Source: an uncultured bacterium
GTDB taxonomy: Bacteria; Bipolaricaulota; Bipolaricaulia; UBA7950; UBA9294
Direction: 5' to 3'
Length of the DNA stretch: 64,000 bases
Assembly (NCBI GenBank): GCA_903857865.1
Contig: CAIOGO010000006.1
Location: 66,511 to 130,510, forward strand
The translations under genes were made by a program, and so were the position numbers. Under the pieces are notes generated by a model, which saw nothing but the letters and a program-made list of their open reading frames with translations, did not search any database and had not been told where the DNA came from. The stretch's first letter is position 1. Every line of letters begins with the position of its first letter. Positions 1-9,928 of this stretch are shown here, one piece after another.

Positions 1-212
1 GCCACGTCGCAATAGACGCAGGCCGTCTCGCGCCCGACGAGCGGCCAGATGGCCGTTCCCGCGGACGCGGGAACGGCTAGGGTGCTGTTGGCTCTCGCCG
101 CAGGTGCGGCGAGAGCTAGGGCGGCAGCGAGCACGGTGGCTGCCGCTGCAGTGGCGGCGAAGATCAGAACGAGCAAGACCGCTCGGGTTCGCGCCTTTCT
201 TAGCATCCGCAT
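1..212 (-). CDS. Secreted/membrane hypothetical protein, N-terminal part (runs off window edge)
   Basis: Reverse-strand ATG at 212 opens MRMLRKARTRAVLLVLIFAATAAAA..., a signal-peptide-like start; frame is open to position 1. Confidence 0.55.
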   Translation of the reverse strand, partial: MRMLRKARTRAVLLVLIFAATAAAATVLAAALALAAPAARANSTLAVPASAGTAIWPLVGRETACVYCDV

Positions 213-244
213 CTCCGTTAGAATCCTAAGCTAAGGAGGACCGC

Positions 245-2743
245 ATGGTCAAAGAATTGGCGAGTCGAGAACTGCGCTACACCTGTGATCCATCCTCTTT
301 CCCCTTTCGGACAACCGCCGACCTCGAACCGCTCGACGAGATCATCGGCCAAGAGCGAGCCGTCGAGGCGTTGAAGCTCGGACTCGGAATCAAGGACGTG
401 AAGAACCGCTACAACATCTACGTGGCGGGCGATCCCGGCACCGGCAAGATGTCCGCCGTCGAGCACTTCCTCAGTCGCGCCAGCGCGAACGAGCCGGCGC
501 CGCCGGACCTGTGCTACGTGCACAACTTCGACAGCCCGTACAACCCGAAGTGCCTCGAACTTCCGGCCGGGAAGGGGCGTCAGCTCCGCAGCGAACTGGA
601 GCAGCACATCAAGCGCCTGCAGCGGGAGATCCCGAAGCTGCTCGAGTCGGACGAGTTCAAGGCGCGCTCGAAGAAGATCACCGAGCGGTTCGGCGAACGG
701 CGCACGACGATGCTCGACGAGATGGAGACGCGCTGCCGCGAGCTCGGATTCGCCATCCAGCGAACGCCGATCGGCATCAACACCCTTCCGCTGCGCGAGA
801 ACGGCGAGCCGCTCAGCCAGGAGGAGTACGACGCCCTGCCCAAGGAGAAGCGCGACGCGATCCGCGACCACCAGGGAGAGGTCCAGGCCGTTGTCCAGGA
901 GCGCCTGCAGGCGGTCGCGCAACTGGACGAAGAGCGAGAGGAAGAGGTCAAGACGCTGGCGAAGGAAGCGGTGCTGTTCATGATCGAGCCCCACTTCGCG
1001 CAGCTCAAGAGTCACTACGAAGGCCTTGCCAGAGTCATCGAGCATCTCGAAGCCGTCAAGCAGAACGTGGCGGATAGCCTCGATGATTTCCAGAGCAACT
1101 CCGGCCAGGCGAAGAAGTCGCCGTTCCCGTTCGTGATGCCCCAGCAGGGCGATCCCTTCAAACGGTACACCGTCAACCTGCTCGTCGATCACGGGGACAC
1201 GCGCGGCGCGCCCGTCGTCGTCGAGCACAACGCGACGTACCCGAATCTCTTCGGGTCGATCGAGCGCCGCGTCCAAATGGGCATCGCGATGACCGACTTC
1301 ACGATGATCAAGCCGGGATCGCTCCACCGCGCGAACGGCGGCTACCTCGCCGTGAACGCCAACAACCTCTTCAGACTCGGCGTCAGCTGGGAGGCCCTCA
1401 AGATCGCCATCAAGCGACGCGAGATCCAGATCGAGGATCCTTGGCAGATGCTCGGCTACTCCACGGCCGAAGGCCTGCGCCCCGAGCCCGTCCCGTTCCG
1501 CATCAAGCTGATCATCATCGGCAGCCCGCTCATCTACGAGCTGCTTCACGTCTATGACGAGGACTTCTCGAAGCTGTTCAACGTCAAGGTCGACTTCGGG
1601 ACCGAGATGGAGCGCACGCCGGAGCACGAGCAAGAGCTGGCGCGGTTCCTCGCCGGCTGCGCCGTGGAAGACCCGACCGTCCTCCCGTTTGCGCCATCCG
1701 GCGTCGCCCGCATGGTCGAGTACGCCGTCGAGCTCGCCGGGGATCAGAAGAAGCTGTCGTGCCAATTCGCGCACCTCGTCTCGATCGCCAAGGAGGCCTC
1801 GTACTGGGCACGCGTCGACGCCTCGCCGAACGTCGACGCGGCGCACGCCGACCGCGCCATCGCCGAGCGCGACTATCGCCTCGCGCGCATCGACGAGAAG
1901 ATCCGCGAGATGATCGCGCGCGGACAGCTATTCATCGACACGGACGGCGAACGGGTGGGCCAGCTGAACGGCCTTGCCGTGCTCCAGCTCGGCGAGTATG
2001 CATTCGGAAAACCGTCGCGCATCACCGCCACCGTGCAGGCCGGAAAGGGCGGCATCGTCGACATCGAGCGGGAGGCCAAGCTCGGCGGCAACACGCACTC
2101 CAAGGGCATCCTCATCCTCAAGGGCTACCTCGGCGAGCGCTTCGCGCGCAAGAAACCGCTGTCGTTCACCGCGCATCTGACCTTCGAGCAGAGCTACTCG
2201 ATGATTGACGGGGACAGCGCGTCGAGCGCCGAGTTGTACGCGCTCTTGTCCGCCCTATCGGGAGTTCCTCTCCGCCAAGGCCTGGCTGTGACAGGTTCCG
2301 TGAACCAGCGCGGCGAGATCCAGCCGATCGGCGGCGTGAACGAGAAGATCGAGGGCTTCTTTCGCGCCTGCCGCGAGCGCGGCCTCACCGGCAGCCAGGG
2401 CGTCCTCATCCCCCGCGCGAACATCGACAACCTGATGTTGTCGAAGGACGTCATCGACGCTGTGGCGTCGAGCACATTCCACATCTACCCGGTGTCGACG
2501 ATCGAAGAGGGAATCGAGATCCTGAGCGGCCTCGCCGCAGGCGGCATAGCCGCCGGCATTGCCGCCGGAACTCCCGACGAGAAGGGCGTCGCGCGTCTGG
2601 ACGGCGCGTACCCGGAGGAGAGCGTGTTCGGCCGCGTCGCCGCGCGCCTCGACGCCATGCGCCAACCCGAAGACACGAAGATGAACGACGAAAACGAGAA
2701 GAAGCCGGCGCACGATGCGAACGGGGGAGAGGACTCAACATAG
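245..2743 (+). CDS. Lon-like protease (LonC/LonB type, peptidase S16)
   Basis: Walker A GDPGTGKMS; coiled-coil insert; IKPGSLHRANGG; catalytic Ser in DGDSASSAE and Lys in IGGVNEK; SD AGGAGG. Confidence 0.93.
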   Translation: MVKELASRELRYTCDPSSFPFRTTADLEPLDEIIGQERAVEALKLGLGIKDVKNRYNIYVAGDPGTGKMSAVEHFLSRASANEPAPPDLCYVHNFDSPYNPKCLELPAGKGRQLRSELEQHIKRLQREIPKLLESDEFKARSKKITERFGERRTTMLDEMETRCRELGFAIQRTPIGINTLPLRENGEPLSQEEYDALPKEKRDAIRDHQGEVQAVVQERLQAVAQLDEEREEEVKTLAKEAVLFMIEPHFAQLKSHYEGLARVIEHLEAVKQNVADSLDDFQSNSGQAKKSPFPFVMPQQGDPFKRYTVNLLVDHGDTRGAPVVVEHNATYPNLFGSIERRVQMGIAMTDFTMIKPGSLHRANGGYLAVNANNLFRLGVSWEALKIAIKRREIQIEDPWQMLGYSTAEGLRPEPVPFRIKLIIIGSPLIYELLHVYDEDFSKLFNVKVDFGTEMERTPEHEQELARFLAGCAVEDPTVLPFAPSGVARMVEYAVELAGDQKKLSCQFAHLVSIAKEASYWARVDASPNVDAAHADRAIAERDYRLARIDEKIREMIARGQLFIDTDGERVGQLNGLAVLQLGEYAFGKPSRITATVQAGKGGIVDIEREAKLGGNTHSKGILILKGYLGERFARKKPLSFTAHLTFEQSYSMIDGDSASSAELYALLSALSGVPLRQGLAVTGSVNQRGEIQPIGGVNEKIEGFFRACRERGLTGSQGVLIPRANIDNLMLSKDVIDAVASSTFHIYPVSTIEEGIEILSGLAAGGIAAGIAAGTPDEKGVARLDGAYPEESVFGRVAARLDAMRQPEDTKMNDENEKKPAHDANGGEDST

Positions 2744-2801
2744 ACGTTGACCAAGGCCGCGCAGCGACCAAGGATAGAGAAGAATGCAGAGAGGAGAGCG
2801 C

Positions 2802-3434
2802 ATGCAGAGACTTGGGAAGGTTCTTTCGCTCGCGATCGTCGCCGTTGCGGTCGCGGCGTTGACGGGCTGTTTCCTCCAGAGTGCGCCGCGCGCGCAGTTC
2901 ACGACCACGCCGGCCTACGACTACCCACCGCTTGACGTCACCTTCGACGCGTCCTCATCGTCGAGCCCGAACGGCCCGATCGTGAACTACAGCTGGGACC
3001 TCGGCGACGGCACCACGGCGGGCGGGGTGATCGTCACGCACACCTACGTCGAGAAAGGCGTCTACGAGGTCACGCTCGAAGTGCGCGACTCCGCCGGGGA
3101 GACGGGAGTGCGCACGAAGAGTGTCGAGGCACTGAATCGACCGCCAGTCGCGCGCTTCGCGGCCAACGTGTACACGACCGGCGTGAACCAGCCGGTGTGG
3201 TTCAACGCCGCCGAGTCGTACGACCCTGACGGCGAGATCGTCGAGTACGTCTGGTCGTTCGGCGACGGCGAGACGGACGAGGGCGTGCTGGTCGAGCATG
3301 AGTACACGACCGCCGGCGGGACCGGATGGCGCCCCCAGATCACGCTCACCGTGGTCGACGACAACGGAGGCACCGACTCGGTTTCGAAGCAGATCCTCGT
3401 CGTCGGCTGTGACAGTTGCGGCGGCGGAGGTTGA
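2802..3434 (+). CDS. PKD-domain lipoprotein (2 PKD)
   Basis: Lipobox LTGC; WDLGDG and WSFGDG PKD motifs. Confidence 0.88.
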   Translation: MQRLGKVLSLAIVAVAVAALTGCFLQSAPRAQFTTTPAYDYPPLDVTFDASSSSSPNGPIVNYSWDLGDGTTAGGVIVTHTYVEKGVYEVTLEVRDSAGETGVRTKSVEALNRPPVARFAANVYTTGVNQPVWFNAAESYDPDGEIVEYVWSFGDGETDEGVLVEHEYTTAGGTGWRPQITLTVVDDNGGTDSVSKQILVVGCDSCGGGG

Positions 3435-3629
3435 GCCGCGCCGCCGTCAAGCCTGTCCAGTCTCACAGCAGTGTCTACAGCGCTAACCGCAGAGCGCGCG
3501 GAGAATCGCGGAGACGACGGGGCCGACCGAATCCGACCTGTCGGAAGCTTGGAGCGGAGCCCTGGAGTCGCCGAGTGACTCGAGGATCAAGTAGCAACTC
3601 TTCTTCTAGAGAACACGATGATCATGAAA

Positions 3630-3691
3630 GGAGAAGGGCCGTTCCCCACGGAACGGCCCTTCTCCCAAGCTGCTGGCCGAAAGCCAGCAGC
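3630..3691 (-). repeat. Double-hairpin element; probably also acts as a terminator
   Basis: Minus strand GCTGCTGGC-loop-GCCAGCAGC, TTG, GGAGAAGGGCCGTTCC-loop-GGAACGGCCCTTCTCC, then TTT; between convergent genes. Confidence 0.7.
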
Positions 3692-3692
3692 C

Positions 3693-4685
3693 CTACTCGT
3701 CGACCGGCTGCGCCAACGTGAGGTTCACGATCGCCGTACCCTGGAGCCCCTGGTCGTCGTAGACGTAGAGCCGCACGACGAAGGTGCGCGACGGGGAAGA
3801 CAGCTCGTAGACGTGGACCACTTCGAGGTCGCTCGTCTCGACCAGCGTCCTACCGTCCCCGAAGTCCCACGCATAGTAGTCGAGCGAGTGCCCGGCGTCG
3901 GCCGACGAACCCCGCGGATCGAAGGAGACCTCGTACAGCGTAGGAGTCGACGCTGGACTCGGGGAGTGGTAGAGAACGAGCGGATCCGACATCGTGAACT
4001 CGGCGACCGGATCGTCGCCGCTCGTACTGCCCTCCGGCACGATGACGATGATGCGCACCTGTTCGGTATCGACCGCGCTGTCCGAGTTCCACACAAACAG
4101 CGTGGCCGTGAACTCCTCGGTGGCCTCAGGCGTGTAGGTGTGCCGCACCTCGGCCCCGTTCGACGTCGCGCCGTCGCCGAAGTCCCAGCGATATTGGGCG
4201 ATCGTCCCCGTGCCCGCCGTCGACGTTCGCCCGTCGAACGCCACGGATAGCGGCGTCATCCCAATGAAACGGTCGACCGAGATGCGTGCCACCGGAGACC
4301 CGGTCCCACTACTGCCGCCGCTCGACGGCTGAACCTCGATCGTTTGCGCCGTCTCATCGCTCGCCCCACCGCCGTCGGTGACGCGTAACGTCACGGTGAA
4401 CACCTTCGCCTCGGTGAGCGCGAGGAACGTGTGGTGCGCCAATGCCTCCGACGCCGTTGCTCCCGCATCGCCGAAGTCCCACTCGTACGTCCTGATCTCG
4501 CCCTCCGGGTCGACCGACTCGGACGCGTCGAACGTCACCACGAGCGGCGAGTTGCCGGCGAGCGGCGTCGCCGTGATCACAGCCGTCGGCGCCTGGTTGA
4601 ACAGCATGCAGCCGCAGAAGAAGAGGAGCGATGAGACAAGCGCTCCCAGGTACCCCACCCTCATCCATCGAGCAGCTTGACTCAC
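3693..4685 (-). CDS. PKD-domain lipoprotein (3 PKD)
   Basis: GTG start after GAGGAGG; lipobox-like FCGC; three WDFGD motifs. Confidence 0.87.
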   Translation of the reverse strand: MSQAARWMRVGYLGALVSSLLFFCGCMLFNQAPTAVITATPLAGNSPLVVTFDASESVDPEGEIRTYEWDFGDAGATASEALAHHTFLALTEAKVFTVTLRVTDGGGASDETAQTIEVQPSSGGSSGTGSPVARISVDRFIGMTPLSVAFDGRTSTAGTGTIAQYRWDFGDGATSNGAEVRHTYTPEATEEFTATLFVWNSDSAVDTEQVRIIVIVPEGSTSGDDPVAEFTMSDPLVLYHSPSPASTPTLYEVSFDPRGSSADAGHSLDYYAWDFGDGRTLVETSDLEVVHVYELSSPSRTFVVRLYVYDDQGLQGTAIVNLTLAQPVDE

Positions 4686-4718
4686 CGTCTCCTCCTCTGC
4701 CTGCTGAACCACTCAGGC

Positions 4719-6332
4719 CTACAGATCGCTCGGGCCTTCGACGCCCGCCTTCAGCGTTACCGTGCGCGAGAAAGGTGCCGACTCGTAGCCTAGCCAGTCC
4801 TCGGCCGTCATGGTGATCGTCTTGATCGTGCCGTCGACGGTCACATTCTGGTAGACGTGGATCATGATAGCGTCGCCGCCAAACGGCATCGCCGTCAGGG
4901 TGGCGTAGCTGTACTGATCGAGCGCTGAACCGTCGCCCCAGTTGACGTACAGGTACCGAATCCCCCAACCCTTGTTGTTCGGCCAGTTTGGGAACCACGT
5001 CGGGGGATTCGCCGCCCAGGTCTGACCTTCCGGATCGTACGAGAAGTTGTGGTCATCGTAGCCCGTCGGTGCGCTCGGCGTCGTCGACGAAATCGCAGCG
5101 CCCGTGGCCGTCTGGAGATCGTGCTGGTTCTTCGTCCCGTCAAGACCGAACCAGCGGACGTCGGGGATCTTCCTCGAGCGGATGACCACGGGCACGTTCG
5201 CGCTGAACGCCGGATATGGGGTGGTACTGATCTCTTGCAGGTCGCCGTAGACGACGTCGTCGGCCTGCCAGATCGCTCCTGCGGCGTACGCCGCAGCCTC
5301 GCTGGCATAGACCTCCACTCCCGGTCCTGCCGTGTCCCCGCCCGGGGGGTTCGCGATGTCGAACCCGGCAATCGGCCGATGGTTGTACGCCTTCACCGTC
5401 TTCGTGATCGAGTCGCTCGCACCCTCGTTGTCGAGGACGAGGAGGGTGACGGAGAAGACCTCGCTCGAGGTGTCGGTCGTGTAGACATGAGTCTGGCTCG
5501 TCGCGTTGATGCTCGACGTCGCAGAAGTGTCGCCGAACGACCACGTGTAGAGGATCAACGTGCGGCCGTTGGCCGCTTCGGAGTCCGCCGGGTCGAACGC
5601 CACCTGCAGCGGCGCGACGCCGAGGCTGTCGGTCTGGATGTCGAACCGCGCGCTTGGGGCGCCCGCGGCCGGCGTTCCGCCATCGCCGCTCGTCGAGACC
5701 GACACGGTCTTCGACGCCGTGGCCGTCTTCCCGTCCGACGCACGCACGAGCAAGGTCACCGTGAACGACTGACTCCCCGAACTGAAGAAGGTGTGGGTCA
5801 CGACCTTGCCGAACCCGTTGCCGCCATCGCCGAACGTCCACTCGTAGGCCGCGATCGTCCCGGCCGCGTACGACGAGCCGGACGCGTCAAACGTGACGTT
5901 GACCGGCGATGTGCCCGACGTCGGGCTCGCGGTGAAACTTGCGCTGGGACCCGCCGGCTCGGCCGCGGTGACGTAGACCGTCTTCGCCGCCTGGTCCGCC
6001 GCGTCCCAGTTGTCGGTCACGGTGAGGATGATGGTGTACGTTCCCACCGCGGTGTACGTGTGACCCACCGACCTTCCGGTCCCCACAGCGCCGTCGCCGA
6101 AGTCCCACGAGTAGGTCTTGATCTCGCCATCCGAATCGCTCGACGGCGCGCCGCTCAAGGTCACCGCGAACGGCACCGGCCCCGTCGTGCTCGGACCGAT
6201 GGTGAACCCCGCCACTGGGAGCTTGTTGAACAAGGCGCAGCTTGCCAGAGCCAGCACCAACACGCTCATCCCAACGACGCAACTGAGAAGAATCAGCGTG
6301 CGCGTCGACATCTTCCGTACCCCACGTTTCAC
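4719..6332 (-). CDS. PKD-domain lipoprotein (3-4 PKD plus unique C-terminal region)
   Basis: Lipobox LASC; WDFGDG, WTFGDG, WSFGD and VNWGDG motifs. Confidence 0.87.
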   Translation of the reverse strand: MKRGVRKMSTRTLILLSCVVGMSVLVLALASCALFNKLPVAGFTIGPSTTGPVPFAVTLSGAPSSDSDGEIKTYSWDFGDGAVGTGRSVGHTYTAVGTYTIILTVTDNWDAADQAAKTVYVTAAEPAGPSASFTASPTSGTSPVNVTFDASGSSYAAGTIAAYEWTFGDGGNGFGKVVTHTFFSSGSQSFTVTLLVRASDGKTATASKTVSVSTSGDGGTPAAGAPSARFDIQTDSLGVAPLQVAFDPADSEAANGRTLILYTWSFGDTSATSSINATSQTHVYTTDTSSEVFSVTLLVLDNEGASDSITKTVKAYNHRPIAGFDIANPPGGDTAGPGVEVYASEAAAYAAGAIWQADDVVYGDLQEISTTPYPAFSANVPVVIRSRKIPDVRWFGLDGTKNQHDLQTATGAAISSTTPSAPTGYDDHNFSYDPEGQTWAANPPTWFPNWPNNKGWGIRYLYVNWGDGSALDQYSYATLTAMPFGGDAIMIHVYQNVTVDGTIKTITMTAEDWLGYESAPFSRTVTLKAGVEGPSDL

Positions 6333-6526
6333 CTTCGGCCTCCTTCAGCGCTCGCAACGAGGCATGATGCCAGCACAACACTAGTCCGGGGTTCGTCAAA
6401 CGTCAATCGGGATCCGGTACTTGCGAGGAGGACCCGTGTCCGTGCCGGGCGGGGCATGTGGCCGTCGGCTGTCTCTGCGAGACAGCTGCCGCTCCGGGGA
6501 GCGGCCTTCTCCTGGCCACAAAGACG

Positions 6527-6553
6527 AGGGGACGGCCCGCGCGGGCCGTCCCC
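6527..6553 (-). terminator. Intrinsic terminator-like hairpin after surface protein B
   Basis: GGGGACGGCCCGC/GCGGGCCGTCCCC inverted repeat. Confidence 0.55.
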
Positions 6554-6574
6554 CACAACCCAGTTCGCTTCACG

Positions 6575-9500
6575 TCATCGACGGATGAACACAGTTCCCT
6601 TGCCGCTGAACGTGTCCGTCCCATCCGTCGCCGTCATCAGGTAGATGTAGGCACCGTTGGCGAGGGGCTGACAGTCGCTCGCTGTGCCGTCCCAAACGAT
6701 CTGCGTCACGTTTCCCAACTCGTTCGCCCATACCAGATGACCTGCGAGGTCGTAGACCTCGACCGACATCACCGAGGCAATGCCGGTTCCGTTGTATCCA
6801 AACGTTACAGCGCCGGCCGACGGACTCGGCCCCGCGTAGAAGCTCGTGACATCCAGCTTGCTCGCGACGATCAGGATCGTGTCACTCGACGTGTCCGTAG
6901 GATCCGTGGGATCCTTGTACGTCGCCGTGATCGTGGCCCCTGCAGCCAAGTTGAGATCGAGGCCCGTGGTCACGAAGGCATTCTCGGCCCACCCTGCGGG
7001 GTGGGCTAGAGAGAATGCTTGTCCGTCGATCGTGACGGCATTCTCTAGCAGGGATGCGCCGGCGTGGGACGGGTCGACGACCTTCACGTACACGAGATCC
7101 GTGTCCGTGTAGCTTGTCACCGCCGCCCCCGTCACGTCCACGAACGCCGTCGTCGACGCCTGGGACGGAGGAGTGCCGCCACCGCCAATGGCCACCTTAA
7201 TCTGGATTATCGCCGAGTCGCTGTGGTTCGACGGATCCTGGTAGAAGGCCACCACCGTATCGCCCGGCAGCGCGCCAAGCGTCGGCACGCACGTGTACAC
7301 GTTCACGAGATCGACGCAGATGACCGACACGAAGTCTCCCGTGGTGACGCCCGTCTCCAGGAGGTCGAGCGCCGCCCAGAAACCGCTCCGCGGGTTCAAG
7401 ACGTAGATCTTCGCGTTGTCGTTGTCGTCGGTGGCTGGCGTTGTGTCGAAGATGTTCGTATCCCCTAGCAGGGAGTTCACAAAGTGGCCGTAGGTGTCGT
7501 CGGGTTCCGGGCAGTGCCAGTAGTTGTACGCCTCGGGCCCGAACGGCAGATTCTGTCCACCGTCCCAGAACCCGTCAATGCGCTCCCGACGGAGGATGTC
7601 CTCGTTCTGATCCGGGTCCACCACTTCGATGAACACGCAGTCCAAGTTCACGTACCCGTTCACGCGATTGCCCTGCCGGTCGAGGAAGTACATCGTGACC
7701 GACTGGCCGTTATAGACCTGCGTGTCGCCAATCGACATCAGGTCGAACGACACGTCATTCCCCACGCGGACACGATCGATCCGCGGTCCCGAGTAGGCCG
7801 TGCTCGTGTCGGAATCGCCTAGGCCGATCATGCCTTGGAGGCCGTCCACGTAATCCACGTCGTTGTATCGGACGTAGATGTCGTCCTCGTTGAACGCCTC
7901 GAGCTTCCAGTTGTCGAGCACAAGCTGGTATCCACCCATCAAGCCGGCAACTCCCACGCCGAGAGCATCCCAGACCGGCAGGAGCTCCATTCCCGCGTTC
8001 GAGAAGAAGACCGGCGAGTTCGAGCTCGTCTCGTCGAGCGGCCAGAACTCCCCGTCGTCCTCATCGTGCGGATCGCAGATATGAACCACGACCTGCTCCG
8101 GGCAGCACGAGTCGACGTTCGCGTTCGCGTCGATCACCTGCACGTACACCGGGTCGCGACCGATCCAGAAGAGCTTCTTGTCCTGGCGCGTCGCATCCGT
8201 GAACGACACGATCGAGTGCATCTTTTCCTCGATGTACGCCGCGTCCAGCTTGAAGTCGTCTTCGTCGTTCGGGTCAAGGTAGTAGGCCACGAGCACGTCG
8301 CGAACGTCCAGGCTGTCGAACCCAAGATCGACGAGGAGCGAGTTCAGGTTCAGCTGGAACACGCCCGTATTCGGACCCGTCTCCTGCGCGTAGAACGAGA
8401 CGGCCGTCACCCCGTTCGCGCTTGCCGTGTCAAACAGGGTCCCGTGATAGACAGGATTGAAGACTCCAGCCTTCGGGTATTGGATGTAGTAGCGCCCATC
8501 CTTCGCTCCCAGCGTGCCGTAGTCGTTCTTCTCGGAATTGTAGATGTTGAACCAGCGAATCGGACGGTTGGTATAGTCGGTGGTCGGTGGAAGCGCCGGA
8601 TCCTGCGCCACCGTGTAGTTCCCAGCGATGCCGCCCGTGCGCTTCAGCATACAGAAGTTGTTGGGGCTGTCGCCCGTCGTCAAGGCTGGGTCGTCAGCGG
8701 AGTTCGTCGGGTTCCATGACCCTGGGTTCACCAGGATGAATACCGGGACAACCTCCACCTCGTTGCAGTTCAAGTTTTCGTCTGCATCGGTGACGATGAT
8801 CGTCGCCGCTTCGTTCCCATCCTTGTAGATCTCTCGGTCCCACGCGATCGTCGCCTCGGTGTCGATGACCTTCATCATCGCCGTCGCGACGTCTGTGTCG
8901 TCGTTCGGGTCCTGATACATCCCAATGAGCGTGTCCATGTTCTCGAACCGGCCGACCAGCCAAGAAGCGGGAGAAGCCGTGTCGCGATTCCCATTCAGGC
9001 TGGAGGGAAGGACATACGCCGATAGCGGCAGGTCGATGTACCCGGACCCAAACGCTGCGGAGTTCCCTGTGACCGCGCCGACCCAGTGGAGCCAATCGCC
9101 GTCCGCGTTGCTCCCACCCTTCGTCTCGTTGTGCAGATCGGCGTAGAAGTAGTTGCCCCACTTGAACTCATCCGGCGGCGACGACGGCGTGTCGACGACG
9201 TGCGTTCCCTTCCACGGCTCGCCGGAGGCGAAGCTCTCGCGGGTCCCAATCTGAAACGCGTGGCTGCTGACGAAGAGCCCCGTGTCGGCGCCCGTCTCTT
9301 CGAGATAGTCTTCGGCAAGCGACCCGGGATTGCCAGGGAAGTGCCCCTTGTACGGGACGTAGTCTTCGTCGTCGTACGGATCGGACCAGCCCTTTCCAGT
9401 TAGGTCAGCGTAGCTCTTCCAGACGATGTAGGCGCCCGTCTTCGGGTCCATGATCTTGACGTCGGTCCAGATCTTGTCGCGCACGTCGCAGTCGATGTTC

Positions 9501-9673
9501 TCGTCCGTGTCGTGAATGACAATCCAAACCGAGTTCCCTTCCTGGACGTTCGTCACTCGGTTCTGCCCGTTCTTGTCGGACGCGAAGTACATCTCCGCGT
9601 TCGAGGCAGCCAGACCGAGCGACGCAATGACCAGGAAGAGGACGCCTACCCACACTGCCCTACGCATCCTCAT
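6575..9673 (-). CDS. Large secreted S-layer-like protein B with repeated Ig-like domains and a T9SS type-A/FlgD-like C-terminal domain
   Basis: SD GGAGG and Sec signal; four ETGxxTGxF-type motifs; C-terminus AGPSPS...VEVYDLAGHLV...WDG...LANGAYIY...KGTVFIRR. Confidence 0.8.
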   Translation of the reverse strand: MRMRRAVWVGVLFLVIASLGLAASNAEMYFASDKNGQNRVTNVQEGNSVWIVIHDTDENIDCDVRDKIWTDVKIMDPKTGAYIVWKSYADLTGKGWSDPYDDEDYVPYKGHFPGNPGSLAEDYLEETGADTGLFVSSHAFQIGTRESFASGEPWKGTHVVDTPSSPPDEFKWGNYFYADLHNETKGGSNADGDWLHWVGAVTGNSAAFGSGYIDLPLSAYVLPSSLNGNRDTASPASWLVGRFENMDTLIGMYQDPNDDTDVATAMMKVIDTEATIAWDREIYKDGNEAATIIVTDADENLNCNEVEVVPVFILVNPGSWNPTNSADDPALTTGDSPNNFCMLKRTGGIAGNYTVAQDPALPPTTDYTNRPIRWFNIYNSEKNDYGTLGAKDGRYYIQYPKAGVFNPVYHGTLFDTASANGVTAVSFYAQETGPNTGVFQLNLNSLLVDLGFDSLDVRDVLVAYYLDPNDEDDFKLDAAYIEEKMHSIVSFTDATRQDKKLFWIGRDPVYVQVIDANANVDSCCPEQVVVHICDPHDEDDGEFWPLDETSSNSPVFFSNAGMELLPVWDALGVGVAGLMGGYQLVLDNWKLEAFNEDDIYVRYNDVDYVDGLQGMIGLGDSDTSTAYSGPRIDRVRVGNDVSFDLMSIGDTQVYNGQSVTMYFLDRQGNRVNGYVNLDCVFIEVVDPDQNEDILRRERIDGFWDGGQNLPFGPEAYNYWHCPEPDDTYGHFVNSLLGDTNIFDTTPATDDNDNAKIYVLNPRSGFWAALDLLETGVTTGDFVSVICVDLVNVYTCVPTLGALPGDTVVAFYQDPSNHSDSAIIQIKVAIGGGGTPPSQASTTAFVDVTGAAVTSYTDTDLVYVKVVDPSHAGASLLENAVTIDGQAFSLAHPAGWAENAFVTTGLDLNLAAGATITATYKDPTDPTDTSSDTILIVASKLDVTSFYAGPSPSAGAVTFGYNGTGIASVMSVEVYDLAGHLVWANELGNVTQIVWDGTASDCQPLANGAYIYLMTATDGTDTFSGKGTVFIRR

Positions 9674-9876
9674 CGCAACCTCCCGCGTTTCAGAGCAAGC
9701 CATCACCGGGGCCGAGCCCCGTCCGTACCCTGCTCGACCGTCACCACCATGTCGATTCAATCATCGTCAGGATAGGCGGCGGCGAGGCCGCCGTCCAGTC
9801 AACGCGCACGGCGCCGCGCCCCGCGCGCGGCGCGCGGCGCCCCGCACGTCCGTGTCCACGAGTGCGTACAAAGGAA

Positions 9877-9902
9877 GCGGGGTGGAGTTTCCTCCACCCC
9901 GC
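9877..9902 (-). terminator. Terminator-like hairpin after porV-like gene
   Basis: GCGGGGTGGAG-TTTC-CTCCACCCCGC inverted repeat; T-rich tail on minus strand. Confidence 0.55.
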
Positions 9903-9928
9903 CACAAGCGAAACTGGAACCGTGTCCC

